A stretch of DNA of 42,326 bases from contig MEQV01000279.1 in the NCBI GenBank assembly GCA_001770355.1, positions 1 through 42,326 on the forward strand, written 5' to 3'. The position numbers and the translations under genes were made by a program. The number at the start of each line of letters is the position of its first letter. The first letter of the stretch is position 1. Source of the DNA: Betaproteobacteria bacterium RIFCSPLOWO2_02_FULL_62_17. Lineage in GTDB: Bacteria > Pseudomonadota > Gammaproteobacteria > Burkholderiales > SG8-39. The notes beneath the pieces are model-generated. The model did not search any database. It was not told where the DNA came from and was given only the letters and a program-made list of their open reading frames with translations. Below are positions 7,562 through 16,834 of this stretch, piece after piece.

Positions 7562-9376
7562 ATGAACTCCACTACCAGCCTTCCAACTGTTTCAAGGATC
7601 TGGAATCTGCTCACACCTGTCGAACATCGTAGTGCGGTGGTGTTGTTGGCGATGATGTCGATCGGGATGGTATTGGAGACAATCGGAGTGGGTATGGTTA
7701 TTCCTGCGATCGCTCTTCTCACGCAAAGTCATGTCGCACACAGCTACCCAGTTCTCGAACCGGTCCTTCAAGCGCTGGGCAATCCCAGCCAACAGAGCTT
7801 GGTGATCGGGGGCATGTTGATAATGGTCGGGGTGTATCTCATCAAAGCACTATTTCTGGCTGTTCTTGCCTGGCGGCAGATGCGCTTTGCTTTTGGGGTG
7901 CAGGCGCGCATCGCGCAACAGCTGTTCTCGGTCTATTTGCGGCAGGCTTATGTATTTCACTTGCAACGCAATTCGGCACAATTGATTCGCAATGTCATCC
8001 GCGAGGTGGACTTGTTCACTTTCAACGCGATACTACCGGGGATGATCTTGCTGACTGACTCGCTGATATTGGTCGGCCTATGCGTTTTGCTGGTCGCCGT
8101 CGAGCCATTGGGAACGTTAGCTGTCGTAACTGTGTTGGGTACTGCAGCCTTGGTGTTCAATCGCCTCACTCGAGAACACCTCGCGCGTTGGGGGTTAGTG
8201 CGCCAATATCATGACGGCTTGCGCATTCAGCATCTTCAGCAGGGTTTGGGCGGTGTCAAGGATGCAAAACTGCTCGGACGCGAAGCTGAATTCTTGGAGC
8301 AGTTTCGCATTCATAATGAGCAGAGCGCGCGGGTCGGGCAGTTACAGCAGACCCTTCAACAACTTCCGCGGCTGTGGCTGGAGTTGCTTGCCGTCAGTGG
8401 TCTAGCCGTGCTTGTGATTCTCATGCTGGCGCAAGGCCGTGCACTCGACGCCGTGCTACCTGCGCTGGGCTTGTTCGGGGCTGCAGCCTTTCGTCTCATG
8501 CCCTCGATCAACCGGATGTTTGGTGCGGTACAAGCGCTGCGATACGGCTTGCCAGTGGTTGACGTGCTGCACAAGGAACTCACCCTCGCCACCCAAGAGC
8601 CCCTTGGCACTGACGGCCTTCTCACACCCTTCAGTACATCTCTGGAACTTCATCATATTAGCTATACGTATCCAGACGCCGCGGGACCCGCACTCAACGA
8701 CGTCTCGTTGACGATCAAGCGCGGTGAATCGGTCGGTTTCATCGGTCCCAGTGGTGGCGGTAAGAGCACGTTGGTGGATATCGTATTAGGTCTGCTCACC
8801 CCCAATACCGGCGAGGTGCGAATCGATACCCAGAACATCCAGGCAAATCTACGCAACTGGCAGAACCAGATCGGTTATGTGCCGCAGTCCATATTCCTCA
8901 CGGACGACACCTTGCGGCGCAATGTGGCCTTTGGCTTGCCCAGCGGGCAGATCGATGATGCGGCCGTGCAGCGCGCCATCCAGGCCGCACAACTTGAAGA
9001 GTTTGTGGCCAGCCTTCCCGACGGGCTGGAGACTATGGTGGGTGAGCGCGGCGTCCGGCTCTCGGGTGGTCAACGCCAGCGCGTAGGTATTGCCCGAGCA
9101 CTCTACCACGACCCTGCTGTGCTGGTGCTGGACGAAGCCACAAGTTCGCTAGACGTTCCCACTGAGCACGACGTGATGCTGGGGGTGCGCGCTTTGCAGG
9201 GAATCAAGACCATTCTCATCGTTGCCCATCGTCTCTCCACTGTCGAACACTGCAACCGATTGTACCGACTGCACGATGGCAAGGTAGTGGAAGAGGGGAC
9301 ATGGAACATCGTGGCCAATCAACCCAAACCTGGTGCAGTTTCTGCGCTGGCGGAAGTCCGAGACGAATACGCTTGA
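7562..9376 (+). CDS. Fused TMD-NBD ABC exporter (MsbA/PglK-like half transporter)
   Basis: 604 aa with a six-helix N-terminal domain. Walker A GPSGGGKST, signature LSGGQRQRVGIARAL, Walker B VLVLDEATSSLD, H-loop IVAHRLS. Confidence 0.8.
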   Translation: MNSTTSLPTVSRIWNLLTPVEHRSAVVLLAMMSIGMVLETIGVGMVIPAIALLTQSHVAHSYPVLEPVLQALGNPSQQSLVIGGMLIMVGVYLIKALFLAVLAWRQMRFAFGVQARIAQQLFSVYLRQAYVFHLQRNSAQLIRNVIREVDLFTFNAILPGMILLTDSLILVGLCVLLVAVEPLGTLAVVTVLGTAALVFNRLTREHLARWGLVRQYHDGLRIQHLQQGLGGVKDAKLLGREAEFLEQFRIHNEQSARVGQLQQTLQQLPRLWLELLAVSGLAVLVILMLAQGRALDAVLPALGLFGAAAFRLMPSINRMFGAVQALRYGLPVVDVLHKELTLATQEPLGTDGLLTPFSTSLELHHISYTYPDAAGPALNDVSLTIKRGESVGFIGPSGGGKSTLVDIVLGLLTPNTGEVRIDTQNIQANLRNWQNQIGYVPQSIFLTDDTLRRNVAFGLPSGQIDDAAVQRAIQAAQLEEFVASLPDGLETMVGERGVRLSGGQRQRVGIARALYHDPAVLVLDEATSSLDVPTEHDVMLGVRALQGIKTILIVAHRLSTVEHCNRLYRLHDGKVVEEGTWNIVANQPKPGAVSALAEVRDEYA

Positions 9377-9413
9377 GTCCTTGCGGTGCCCAAGACAAAC
9401 GCACGACAAAGCC

Positions 9414-10436
9414 ATGGAAACTCCATTGCGAAACAATAAATCCATCCTAATCACCGGTGGCACAGGTTCTTTCGGCAAGGCTTTCGTCAAGACGGTACTT
9501 ACCCGCTGTCCGGATATCAAACGTCTCGTGATCTATTCCCGCGACGAACTCAAGCAGTTCGAAATGTCACAACAGTTTCCAAGCGATCAGTACAAAGGCA
9601 TTCGCTTCTTCATTGGTGACGTGCGCGACAAGGACCGCCTGCGCCGTGCGATGGAAGGCATCGATGTCGTTGTCCATGCGGCCGCACTCAAGCAGGTGCC
9701 GGCTGCTGAATACAACCCGTTCGAGTGCATCAAGACCAATGTTCTGGGGGCGCAGAATGTGATCGAAGCCTGCCTCGACACTGACGTGCAACGGGTGGTG
9801 GCGCTGTCCACCGACAAGGCCGCTGCGCCGATAAACCTCTACGGAGCCACCAAGCTCTGTTCGGACAAGCTGTTCGTGGCGGCGAACAACATCAAAGGCC
9901 ATCGCGACGTTCGCTTTAGCGTGGTGCGCTACGGCAATGTAATGGGTAGCCGCGGCTCGGTCATTCCTTTCTTCCTCGAAAAGCGAAGGACCGGGGTGCT
10001 ACCGATTACTGACCTAGGCATGACGCGCTTCAATATCAGCCTGCAGGAAGGCGTCGACATGGTGCTGTGGAGTATCGACAACGCCTGGGGCGGCGAGGTG
10101 CTGGTGCCCAAGATTCCTTCTTACCGTACTGTCGATGTGGCCAAGGCCATTGGCCCGGAGTGTGAGCACTCGATCATCGGTGTACGCCCCGGTGAGAAAA
10201 TTCACGAAGAAATGATCACCGCGAGTGACAGCTTCAATACCGTAGACATGGGCTCCTATTACGCCATTTTGCCTTCCGGCGGCGCATACAGCGTTGCGGA
10301 CTACTGCGCCAAGACAGGCGCAAGGCCAGTTGAGCCCGGCTTCAGCTACAACAGTGGCAGAAACGCGCATTTCTTGTCCGTGGATGAATTGCGCGATTTG
10401 ATCCAGTCGCATATCGATCAAAGCAATGCGGGTTGA
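9414..10436 (+). CDS. pseB: UDP-N-acetylglucosamine 4,6-dehydratase (inverting), PseB/FlaA1 type
   Basis: Taken from the internal ATG 9414 (METPLRNNKSILITGGTGSFGKAF...). It has the Rossmann motif TGGTGSFG and the catalytic YGATKLCSDKLF block characteristic of PseB. About 340 aa. Confidence 0.85.
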   Translation: METPLRNNKSILITGGTGSFGKAFVKTVLTRCPDIKRLVIYSRDELKQFEMSQQFPSDQYKGIRFFIGDVRDKDRLRRAMEGIDVVVHAAALKQVPAAEYNPFECIKTNVLGAQNVIEACLDTDVQRVVALSTDKAAAPINLYGATKLCSDKLFVAANNIKGHRDVRFSVVRYGNVMGSRGSVIPFFLEKRRTGVLPITDLGMTRFNISLQEGVDMVLWSIDNAWGGEVLVPKIPSYRTVDVAKAIGPECEHSIIGVRPGEKIHEEMITASDSFNTVDMGSYYAILPSGGAYSVADYCAKTGARPVEPGFSYNSGRNAHFLSVDELRDLIQSHIDQSNAG

Positions 10437-10445
10437 CGCAGACGC

Positions 10446-11606
10446 ATGATCCCCTACGGGCGCCAGGACATTACTGAAGCCGACATCCAGGCAGTGGTGG
10501 ATGTCCTGCGCTCGGACTTCCTAACCCAAGGCCCGGCCGTTCCCGCGTTCGAACAAGCGGTCACCGACTACTGCGGTGCACAGTATTCCGTGGCCGTAAA
10601 TAGCGCCACCAGCGCCCTGCACATTGCCTGCCTGGCGCTGGGCGTGGGGCCTGGCGACTGGGTGTGGACTAGCCCCATCACCTTTGTGGCCAGCGCCAAC
10701 TGCGCCTTGTATTGTGGTGCGCAGGTGGACTTTGTCGATATTGACCCACGCACCCACAACTTGAGCGTGGAACGCTTGACGCGGAAACTGGCGTACGCGG
10801 AAAAGACCGCACAACTGCCCAGAGTGGTAATCCCGGTACACTTAGGTGGACAGCCCTGCGACATGGCAGGTATCCATGCGCTCGGTGAGCGTTACGGCTT
10901 CCAGATCATCGAAGACGCATCGCACGCGATAGGTGGTAGATATAAGGGCGAGCGCATTGGCAACTGTCGTTACAGTGACATCACCGTGTTTAGCTTCCAT
11001 CCGGTCAAGATCATTACGACCGCGGAAGGCGGCATGGCGCTGACCAATGATGCGCAACTGGCCAAGCGCCTGCGGCTGCTGCGCAGCCACGGCATCACCC
11101 GCGATGCCGCCGACATGACTCATGCTCCAGACGGCCCCTGGTACCACCAGCAGATCGACCTTGGTTTCAATTATCGTATGACGGACTTGCAAGCCGCGTT
11201 GGGTTTGAGCCAAATGCAACGCCTGGATGAATTCGTAACCAAGCGCCATGGCATCGCCCGGCGTTATGACGAGCTACTGTCCGGCTTGCCACTGGTCACG
11301 CCTTGGCAGCATCCGGACAGCTATTCCGGGCTGCACCTGTACGTGATTCGGCTCAAGCTCGCGGAGATCCGCAAATCGCATTGCTCGGTCTTCGAGACGC
11401 TGCGAGCGGCTGGCGTGGGCGTTAACCTTCACTACATCCCGGTCTACCGCCAACCCTATTACGAAAGGATGGACTTCAAGGTCGGACACTGCCCGGAGGC
11501 CGAGCGGTATTACGCCGAAGCCATCAGTTTACCGATGTACCCGGGAATGACGGACGGGCAGCAGGATCGGGTTGTCAGTGCATTGCGCGCGGCCCTGGTG
11601 CAATGA
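10446..11606 (+). CDS. pseC: DegT/DnrJ/EryC1-family PLP aminotransferase, PseC type (UDP-4-amino-4,6-dideoxy-AltNAc transaminase)
   Basis: The N-terminus MIPYGRQDITEADIQAVVDVLRSDFLTQGPAVPAFE is the typical PseC signature as I recall it. It also has ...SFHPVKIITTAEGG (PLP lysine region). It lies directly after pseB. Confidence 0.8.
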   Translation: MIPYGRQDITEADIQAVVDVLRSDFLTQGPAVPAFEQAVTDYCGAQYSVAVNSATSALHIACLALGVGPGDWVWTSPITFVASANCALYCGAQVDFVDIDPRTHNLSVERLTRKLAYAEKTAQLPRVVIPVHLGGQPCDMAGIHALGERYGFQIIEDASHAIGGRYKGERIGNCRYSDITVFSFHPVKIITTAEGGMALTNDAQLAKRLRLLRSHGITRDAADMTHAPDGPWYHQQIDLGFNYRMTDLQAALGLSQMQRLDEFVTKRHGIARRYDELLSGLPLVTPWQHPDSYSGLHLYVIRLKLAEIRKSHCSVFETLRAAGVGVNLHYIPVYRQPYYERMDFKVGHCPEAERYYAEAISLPMYPGMTDGQQDRVVSALRAALVQ

Positions 11607-13243
11607 AGCTCGCCATCGGCACTGTCCAGTTCGGCCTCAACTATGGCATTGCAAATCGAAGCGGCCAAGTCAACCAACGTGAAGCACGATCGATCTTGGG
11701 CTATGCCAAGGCTCACGGCATCGACACTTTGGATACCGCCATCACCTACGGCGACTGCGAAACGCGGTTGGGCGAAATCGGGGTGACTGGCTGGCAAGTG
11801 ATATCGAAATTGCCCGCACTACCGGTTCACGTCCAAGATGTCGAAACATGGGTGCGCGCTCAGGTTCAGGCGTCGCTTGCGCGGTTGCGCATGTCGTGTT
11901 TGAGAGGATTTCTGCTGCATCGGCCAGAGCAACTTCTCGGAAAACATGGAGACGAGATTTATTGCGCGCTGTCCGCGCTTAAACGGCAGGGCCTGATCGA
12001 GAAGATCGGGGTTTCGATCTACAACCCTGGCGAACTTGACCCCCTCGTCCGACGCTTCAACCTGGATCTTGTGCAAGCGCCGTTCAATATTCTCGATCGC
12101 CGTCTGATTACGTCTGGCTGGATGGATCGATTGGCCAGAATGAATATCGAATTGCACGCCCGTTCAGTATTCCTTCAGGGGCTATTGCTCATGCCCAACA
12201 CGAGACGGCCGGACAAATTCAATCGCTGGCAACCGATCTGGCAGAGATGGCAACGGTGGCTTGCAGAGACCGGTTTGACTCCATTACAAGCCTGCCTGCG
12301 CGATGCGTTGCGGCAGACCGGCATTGCGCGAGTCGTTGTGGGCGTCGACAGCCTGGCGCAACTCGAGGAGATTCTGCGGGCGGCCGAAGGCCCTGCCCCG
12401 GACCTGCCGGAAGCACTTCACACCAACGAGATTGATCTCATCGATCCTGCGCGTTGGGAAAAGCATACAACGCAGACAAGGAATATCGTTGCCATCATCC
12501 AAGCCCGGATGAGCTCCTCACGCCTGCCTGGAAAGGTATTGATGCCGTTGGCAGGCAAGCCGGTGTTGGAACACGTCGTCAGCCGTATCCGAGCCTGCAA
12601 GACAGTAGGGAACGTTGTGATTGCGACCTCAACCGACCGCACCGACGACGCCATCCAGGCGTGGTGCGAAACGGAAGGGATCAGCCATTACCGTGGCAGT
12701 CTGGACGATGTGCTTGATCGTTACTACCAGGCAGCAATGATCCACAAGGCAGATGCCGTCGTACGCATTACTGCGGATTGTCCCGCCGTTGATCCGACAA
12801 TTGTGGATGACGTGGTCAAGGGTTTCTTGGCGGGGGGGTACGACTACTACGGACTTTCGGGCGAGTTCCCGGACGGTCTGGATTGCACAGTGTTCTCGTT
12901 TGCTGCGCTCGAGCGCGCATGGCACGAAGCCAAGCTGAAATCCGAGCGCGAGCATGTCGGCCCTTATGTGGAAAAGCATCCGGAACTGTTCAAGATCGGG
13001 GGCTACAAGAAATTTTCGGGCCTGTCGTGCCATCGATGGACGCTGGATGAGCCCCGCGATTACGAATTTCTCCAGGCTGTCTTCGCCAGGCTGTACCAAG
13101 AGGGGGCGCCGTTCCTGACCGCGGAAGTTCTTGCGCTGCTCGACAGGGAGCCAGAACTCATGGCGATCAACAGCAACATCGTCCGCAATGAAGGTTATTT
13201 GAAGTCCCTGGCGGAAGACAGGAAAGAAAATGTACAGCCTTGA
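11603..13243 (+). CDS. Fusion protein: aldo/keto reductase (N-terminal) + SpsF/NeuA-type cytidylyltransferase (C-terminal)
   Basis: aa 1-285 are AKR-like (MKLAIGTVQFGLNYGIAN..., GIDTLDTAITYG). aa about 293-546 read NIVAIIQARMSSSRLPGKVLMPLAGKPVLEHVV...YRGSLDDVLDRYYQAA...VVRITADCPAVDP, which are the SpsF-type CMP-sugar synthetase motifs. There is no stop between the two halves. Confidence 0.7.
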   Translation: MKLAIGTVQFGLNYGIANRSGQVNQREARSILGYAKAHGIDTLDTAITYGDCETRLGEIGVTGWQVISKLPALPVHVQDVETWVRAQVQASLARLRMSCLRGFLLHRPEQLLGKHGDEIYCALSALKRQGLIEKIGVSIYNPGELDPLVRRFNLDLVQAPFNILDRRLITSGWMDRLARMNIELHARSVFLQGLLLMPNTRRPDKFNRWQPIWQRWQRWLAETGLTPLQACLRDALRQTGIARVVVGVDSLAQLEEILRAAEGPAPDLPEALHTNEIDLIDPARWEKHTTQTRNIVAIIQARMSSSRLPGKVLMPLAGKPVLEHVVSRIRACKTVGNVVIATSTDRTDDAIQAWCETEGISHYRGSLDDVLDRYYQAAMIHKADAVVRITADCPAVDPTIVDDVVKGFLAGGYDYYGLSGEFPDGLDCTVFSFAALERAWHEAKLKSEREHVGPYVEKHPELFKIGGYKKFSGLSCHRWTLDEPRDYEFLQAVFARLYQEGAPFLTAEVLALLDREPELMAINSNIVRNEGYLKSLAEDRKENVQP

Positions 13244-14555
13244 AGAACTGAAACAGAGCAAGGGCGTAGCGCTTTACGGGCGCGCAAGATCCCTTATTCC
13301 CGGTGGTACGCAACTTCTCTCCAAGCGCCCCGAGATGTTTGCGCCGGGCGTCTGGCCCTCGTATTACTCCCGGGCCAAAGGTTGCCGGGTCTGGGACCTG
13401 GATGGGCGCGAGTTCATCGACATGTCCATCATGGCGGTCGGTGCCTGCATTCTCGGCTACGCCGATGACGAAGTGGATGACGCGGTCGTTCAGGCACTCC
13501 GCAATGGGGTCAACAGTTCGCTCAACTGTCCTGAAGAAGTCGCGCTGGCCGAGGCTCTCATCGAACTCCACCCCTGGTTCGACATGGTGCGTTACGCCCG
13601 GAGCGGCGGGGAGGCTATGGGGGTGGCCGTACGCATCGCCCGCGCCCACACCCGGCGCGATGTTGTGATGTTCAGTGGCTACCATGGCTGGAACGACTGG
13701 TACCTGGCAGCCAACCTTGCTGACAGTGCGGGCCTGGACGGTCAACTCATGCCCGGCCTTCTGCCGAACGGCGTTCCCAGGGGGTTGCTCGGCACTGCAA
13801 TTGCCTTTGACGCCAACAGCATTGATTCACTTCGCGACAAGATTCGGGGCAAGGAAAACAAAATTGCCGCGATCGTCATCGAACCCGCCCGAGGTGAGGA
13901 CGCTCCAGCGGGATATCTCAAAGCCCTGCAGGAATTGGCGACGGAGATTGGCGCCGTACTCGTTTTTGACGAAATCACCAGCGGGTTCCGCATGTGCGGC
14001 GGTGGCATCCACCGCAATTATGCGGTTCACCCCGACATGGCGGTCTTTGCCAAGTCCATGGCCAACGGTTACGCGATGTCCGTCGTGATGGGGACCGAGA
14101 AAGTGATGCAGTCCGCCCAGACCACCTTCATTTCCAGCACCAACTGGACAGACCGCATCGGTCCCGTCGCCGCTCTGGCAACCCTGAGGAAATACCAGCG
14201 CTTGGGGGTGGAAAAGCATTTGATCGCTACGGGCAATCAGGTCAAGCAAATCTGGCGAAGTGCGGCTGAGGCCCACGGCTTGAAAATCAATGTGACGGGA
14301 TTGCCGTCGCTCGCGGCATTTGCCTTCAAGAGCTCCGATGCGATGGCGTTGAACACGCGCTTCACGATTGAGCTGCTCAGACGCGGATTTCTGGGATTCC
14401 GTCAGTTCAAGCCATCATTGGCGCACCAGCCGGCGGACTTGAGTCAATATCAAACTGCGGTTGATGAGGTCTTTGCACTCATTGCCGCTGATCCCGCCGC
14501 CCGTATAGATACCCCTCTTGCGCACAGCGGCTTTCAGCGATTGACGAAAGAGTAA
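13230..14555 (+). CDS. Class III PLP aminotransferase (glutamate-1-semialdehyde aminomutase-like)
   Basis: 441 aa. ...LIPGGTQLLSKRP..., ...VLVFDEITSGFRM..., ...DMAVFAKSMANGYAMS (PLP lysine context). It overlaps the upstream gene by 14 nt. Confidence 0.75.
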   Translation: MYSLEELKQSKGVALYGRARSLIPGGTQLLSKRPEMFAPGVWPSYYSRAKGCRVWDLDGREFIDMSIMAVGACILGYADDEVDDAVVQALRNGVNSSLNCPEEVALAEALIELHPWFDMVRYARSGGEAMGVAVRIARAHTRRDVVMFSGYHGWNDWYLAANLADSAGLDGQLMPGLLPNGVPRGLLGTAIAFDANSIDSLRDKIRGKENKIAAIVIEPARGEDAPAGYLKALQELATEIGAVLVFDEITSGFRMCGGGIHRNYAVHPDMAVFAKSMANGYAMSVVMGTEKVMQSAQTTFISSTNWTDRIGPVAALATLRKYQRLGVEKHLIATGNQVKQIWRSAAEAHGLKINVTGLPSLAAFAFKSSDAMALNTRFTIELLRRGFLGFRQFKPSLAHQPADLSQYQTAVDEVFALIAADPAARIDTPLAHSGFQRLTKE

Positions 14556-14559
14556 GCGC

Positions 14560-15495
14560 ATGTCCGCTGGGCGACCGACACGAAAGAAATGGCGGGACCA
14601 TGAGGGCTCGCTGGCGGCGTTTGCCAATGGCTTTGACGTCATTGATTGCAAGCCTTGCGGATTCAAGCACATCATCCCCATCCCGACCGAAGAGGAGTTG
14701 GAGAAGGCTTATAAGGAAGATTACTACACGCGGGAAAAGCCGCTCTACATCGAACGCTATCGCGAGGATCTCGACTGGTGGAATATGGTTTACGCACGGC
14801 GCTACGAGATTCTGGAGCGGCATTTGCCTGCCGAGCGGCGGCGCATGTTGGATATCGGCTCAGGGCCAGGCTTCTTCTTGCTCAACGGCGCGAAGCGGGG
14901 TTGGCAGGTCACGGGTATAGAGCCGTCACTCCAAGCGGCCGAGCACGGCCGCGGGTTGGGGCTGGATGTCGAGAATGATTTTTTTTCAGAGAAAACGGCG
15001 TCCCGCTTGGGGTTTTACGATGCGATCAACATGGGAGAGGTGCTCGAACATATCCCAGACCCTGCGGCACTCTTGTCATTGACGTATCGTCAATTGAACG
15101 ATAGCGGCCTCGTTTGCATCGTTGTCCCGAACGACTTCAATCCCTTTCAGCTCGTGCTGCGCGATCACCTCGGATTCGAACCTTGGTGGGTTGCTCCTCC
15201 GCATCATATTAACTATTTCGATTTCGATTCACTTTCAAGGCTTGCGGAGCGGTGCGGATTCAAGGTGCTGCATAAAGAGGCCACCTTTCCAATCGATATG
15301 TTCCTACTCATGGGAGATCGATACATTGGAGACGATAAACTGGGGCGATCGTGTCATGAGAAGCGAATGAATTTTGAAAGAGCTTTGTGCAAGTCAGGCA
15401 GTGGTCGCTTACTTAGTGACTTGTATTCGGAGCTCTCCAAACACGGTATAGGGCGCGAAATCGTACTATTCGCGAGGAAAGCTAGAGAGAGCTAA
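14560..15495 (+). CDS. Class I SAM-dependent methyltransferase
   Basis: Motif I MLDIGSGPGFF and post-I/II blocks ...YDAINMGEVLEHIPDP...GLVCIVVPN. Confidence 0.7.
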   Translation: MSAGRPTRKKWRDHEGSLAAFANGFDVIDCKPCGFKHIIPIPTEEELEKAYKEDYYTREKPLYIERYREDLDWWNMVYARRYEILERHLPAERRRMLDIGSGPGFFLLNGAKRGWQVTGIEPSLQAAEHGRGLGLDVENDFFSEKTASRLGFYDAINMGEVLEHIPDPAALLSLTYRQLNDSGLVCIVVPNDFNPFQLVLRDHLGFEPWWVAPPHHINYFDFDSLSRLAERCGFKVLHKEATFPIDMFLLMGDRYIGDDKLGRSCHEKRMNFERALCKSGSGRLLSDLYSELSKHGIGREIVLFARKARES

Positions 15496-15637
15496 CTTAG
15501 CGTGGCGCGAGTTCCGTCAGCGCTTCCACTGGCCATTGAAGCTGGACTAAGTTTGTCAGCCTACGCAATGACGCTGTTGTTCTAAACCACAGCCTGTTCC
15601 GTTCCACGCCGCGAATAATAAACGGTGAGGTCGTCAT

Positions 15638-16834
15638 ATGAGCCAAATCGGGATCGCAATCCAGGTCGCTGCTCGCAATTGGAGCGGTGGTACTGACTTC
15701 TGCGTCAAAACGCTTGATGGTATTGCTATCTACAAGATAACGAGAGACCGAATCAAGGCGATCATCGACGACATGGGGCTAGATTTGCCCATATTCTACG
15801 TGGCTCCCGCCCGAAAAGAAGAACGCGATATCTTCTCGATGGACACCTCAATAACCACCGGCGCAGCACCAATATTCTTTGGAAGTGAATATGACGTACT
15901 TGACCGTCTGTTGGACTTCGGACGCTTAAATGGGCTTGACTACATATTCCGAATAAACGGCAGTTTCTGGTACCTGAATTCACCATTGTGCTCCAAGATA
16001 TTTAGGCACCAAGCTATTCATCATGCCGATATGATTAAACTTCCCGCGGATTTTCCGCACGGATTTGCGGGGGAATTGATCAGCGTAGAGGCACTTTCGC
16101 GACTGCGTGAGATATGTCGAGGACGGGTGATAACAAACCCTGTCGCGGAAATGGCAAACAACCCCATGTTCACAATATACGACGTAACGCCGTTAAATGG
16201 CGCGATTTCGTCGGCGGAAATTCACAATATTCGCAATAAGCGCCTTCAATATGAGCCGGAACGAGTGGAATATGATTTGGCCACAAATTATGAAGAGGGA
16301 AGTATCGATCACACCCGGTATTTGAAAGCATTATCTTATATTAATGCTGGTGATGTGGTGCTCGACATCGCATGCGGCGCAGGATTCGGTGCCGACATGA
16401 TTGCGCGAAAAGCGGCACGCGTCGTTGGCGCAGATTACAACGAGGGGGTTATAAGGCGTTGCCAGCTTCAATATCGTAGGGCCAATCTCAGTTACGAAGT
16501 GGCCGATGTTACACGATTGGACTGCGCCGATTCGAGCTTTGATGTAGTGGTGTCCATGGAGACAATTGAACACGTTGACGAACAATTGTTTGTCTCCAAT
16601 GTTACACGCGTGCTAAAGATGGGCGGCAAACTCATCCTGTCAACACCGCAAAATCGGTACGGCTTTTGTTTAACTCCGTGGCATATCAAAGAATATAGTG
16701 TGGATCAACTTAGAGACCTTCTGAACCCTAACTTTAAAGTGCACAAAGTTCACGGCATAACTTCGGCTTTAATAAGTGACAACTCGGAAGGTGGGGACAG
16801 GATGTTGGTAGTCGCCATAAGGCGATCTAGATGA
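15638..16834 (+). CDS. Fusion protein: degenerate SpsF-like cytidylyltransferase-fold domain + class I SAM methyltransferase
   Basis: The N-terminal half aligns by eye with the SpsF half of 11603..13243. IGIAIQVAARNWSGGTDFCVKTLDG pairs with IVAIIQARMSSSRLPGKVLMPLAG. FFGSEYDVLDRLL...IFRINGSFWYLNSP pairs with YRGSLDDVLDRYY...VVRITADCPAVDP. The RLPGK and DCP motifs are lost. The C-terminal half has VLDIACGAGFG...VVSMETIEHV. Confidence 0.55.
   Translation: MSQIGIAIQVAARNWSGGTDFCVKTLDGIAIYKITRDRIKAIIDDMGLDLPIFYVAPARKEERDIFSMDTSITTGAAPIFFGSEYDVLDRLLDFGRLNGLDYIFRINGSFWYLNSPLCSKIFRHQAIHHADMIKLPADFPHGFAGELISVEALSRLREICRGRVITNPVAEMANNPMFTIYDVTPLNGAISSAEIHNIRNKRLQYEPERVEYDLATNYEEGSIDHTRYLKALSYINAGDVVLDIACGAGFGADMIARKAARVVGADYNEGVIRRCQLQYRRANLSYEVADVTRLDCADSSFDVVVSMETIEHVDEQLFVSNVTRVLKMGGKLILSTPQNRYGFCLTPWHIKEYSVDQLRDLLNPNFKVHKVHGITSALISDNSEGGDRMLVVAIRRSR

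Noticed and set aside
12629-13745. Antisense ORFs 12629..13261 (210 aa) and 13167..13745 (192 aa). Similar antisense ORFs are 22700..23311 and 10842..11249.
   Set aside because: Each lies opposite a confidently assigned enzyme gene with family motifs, and none has features of its own.
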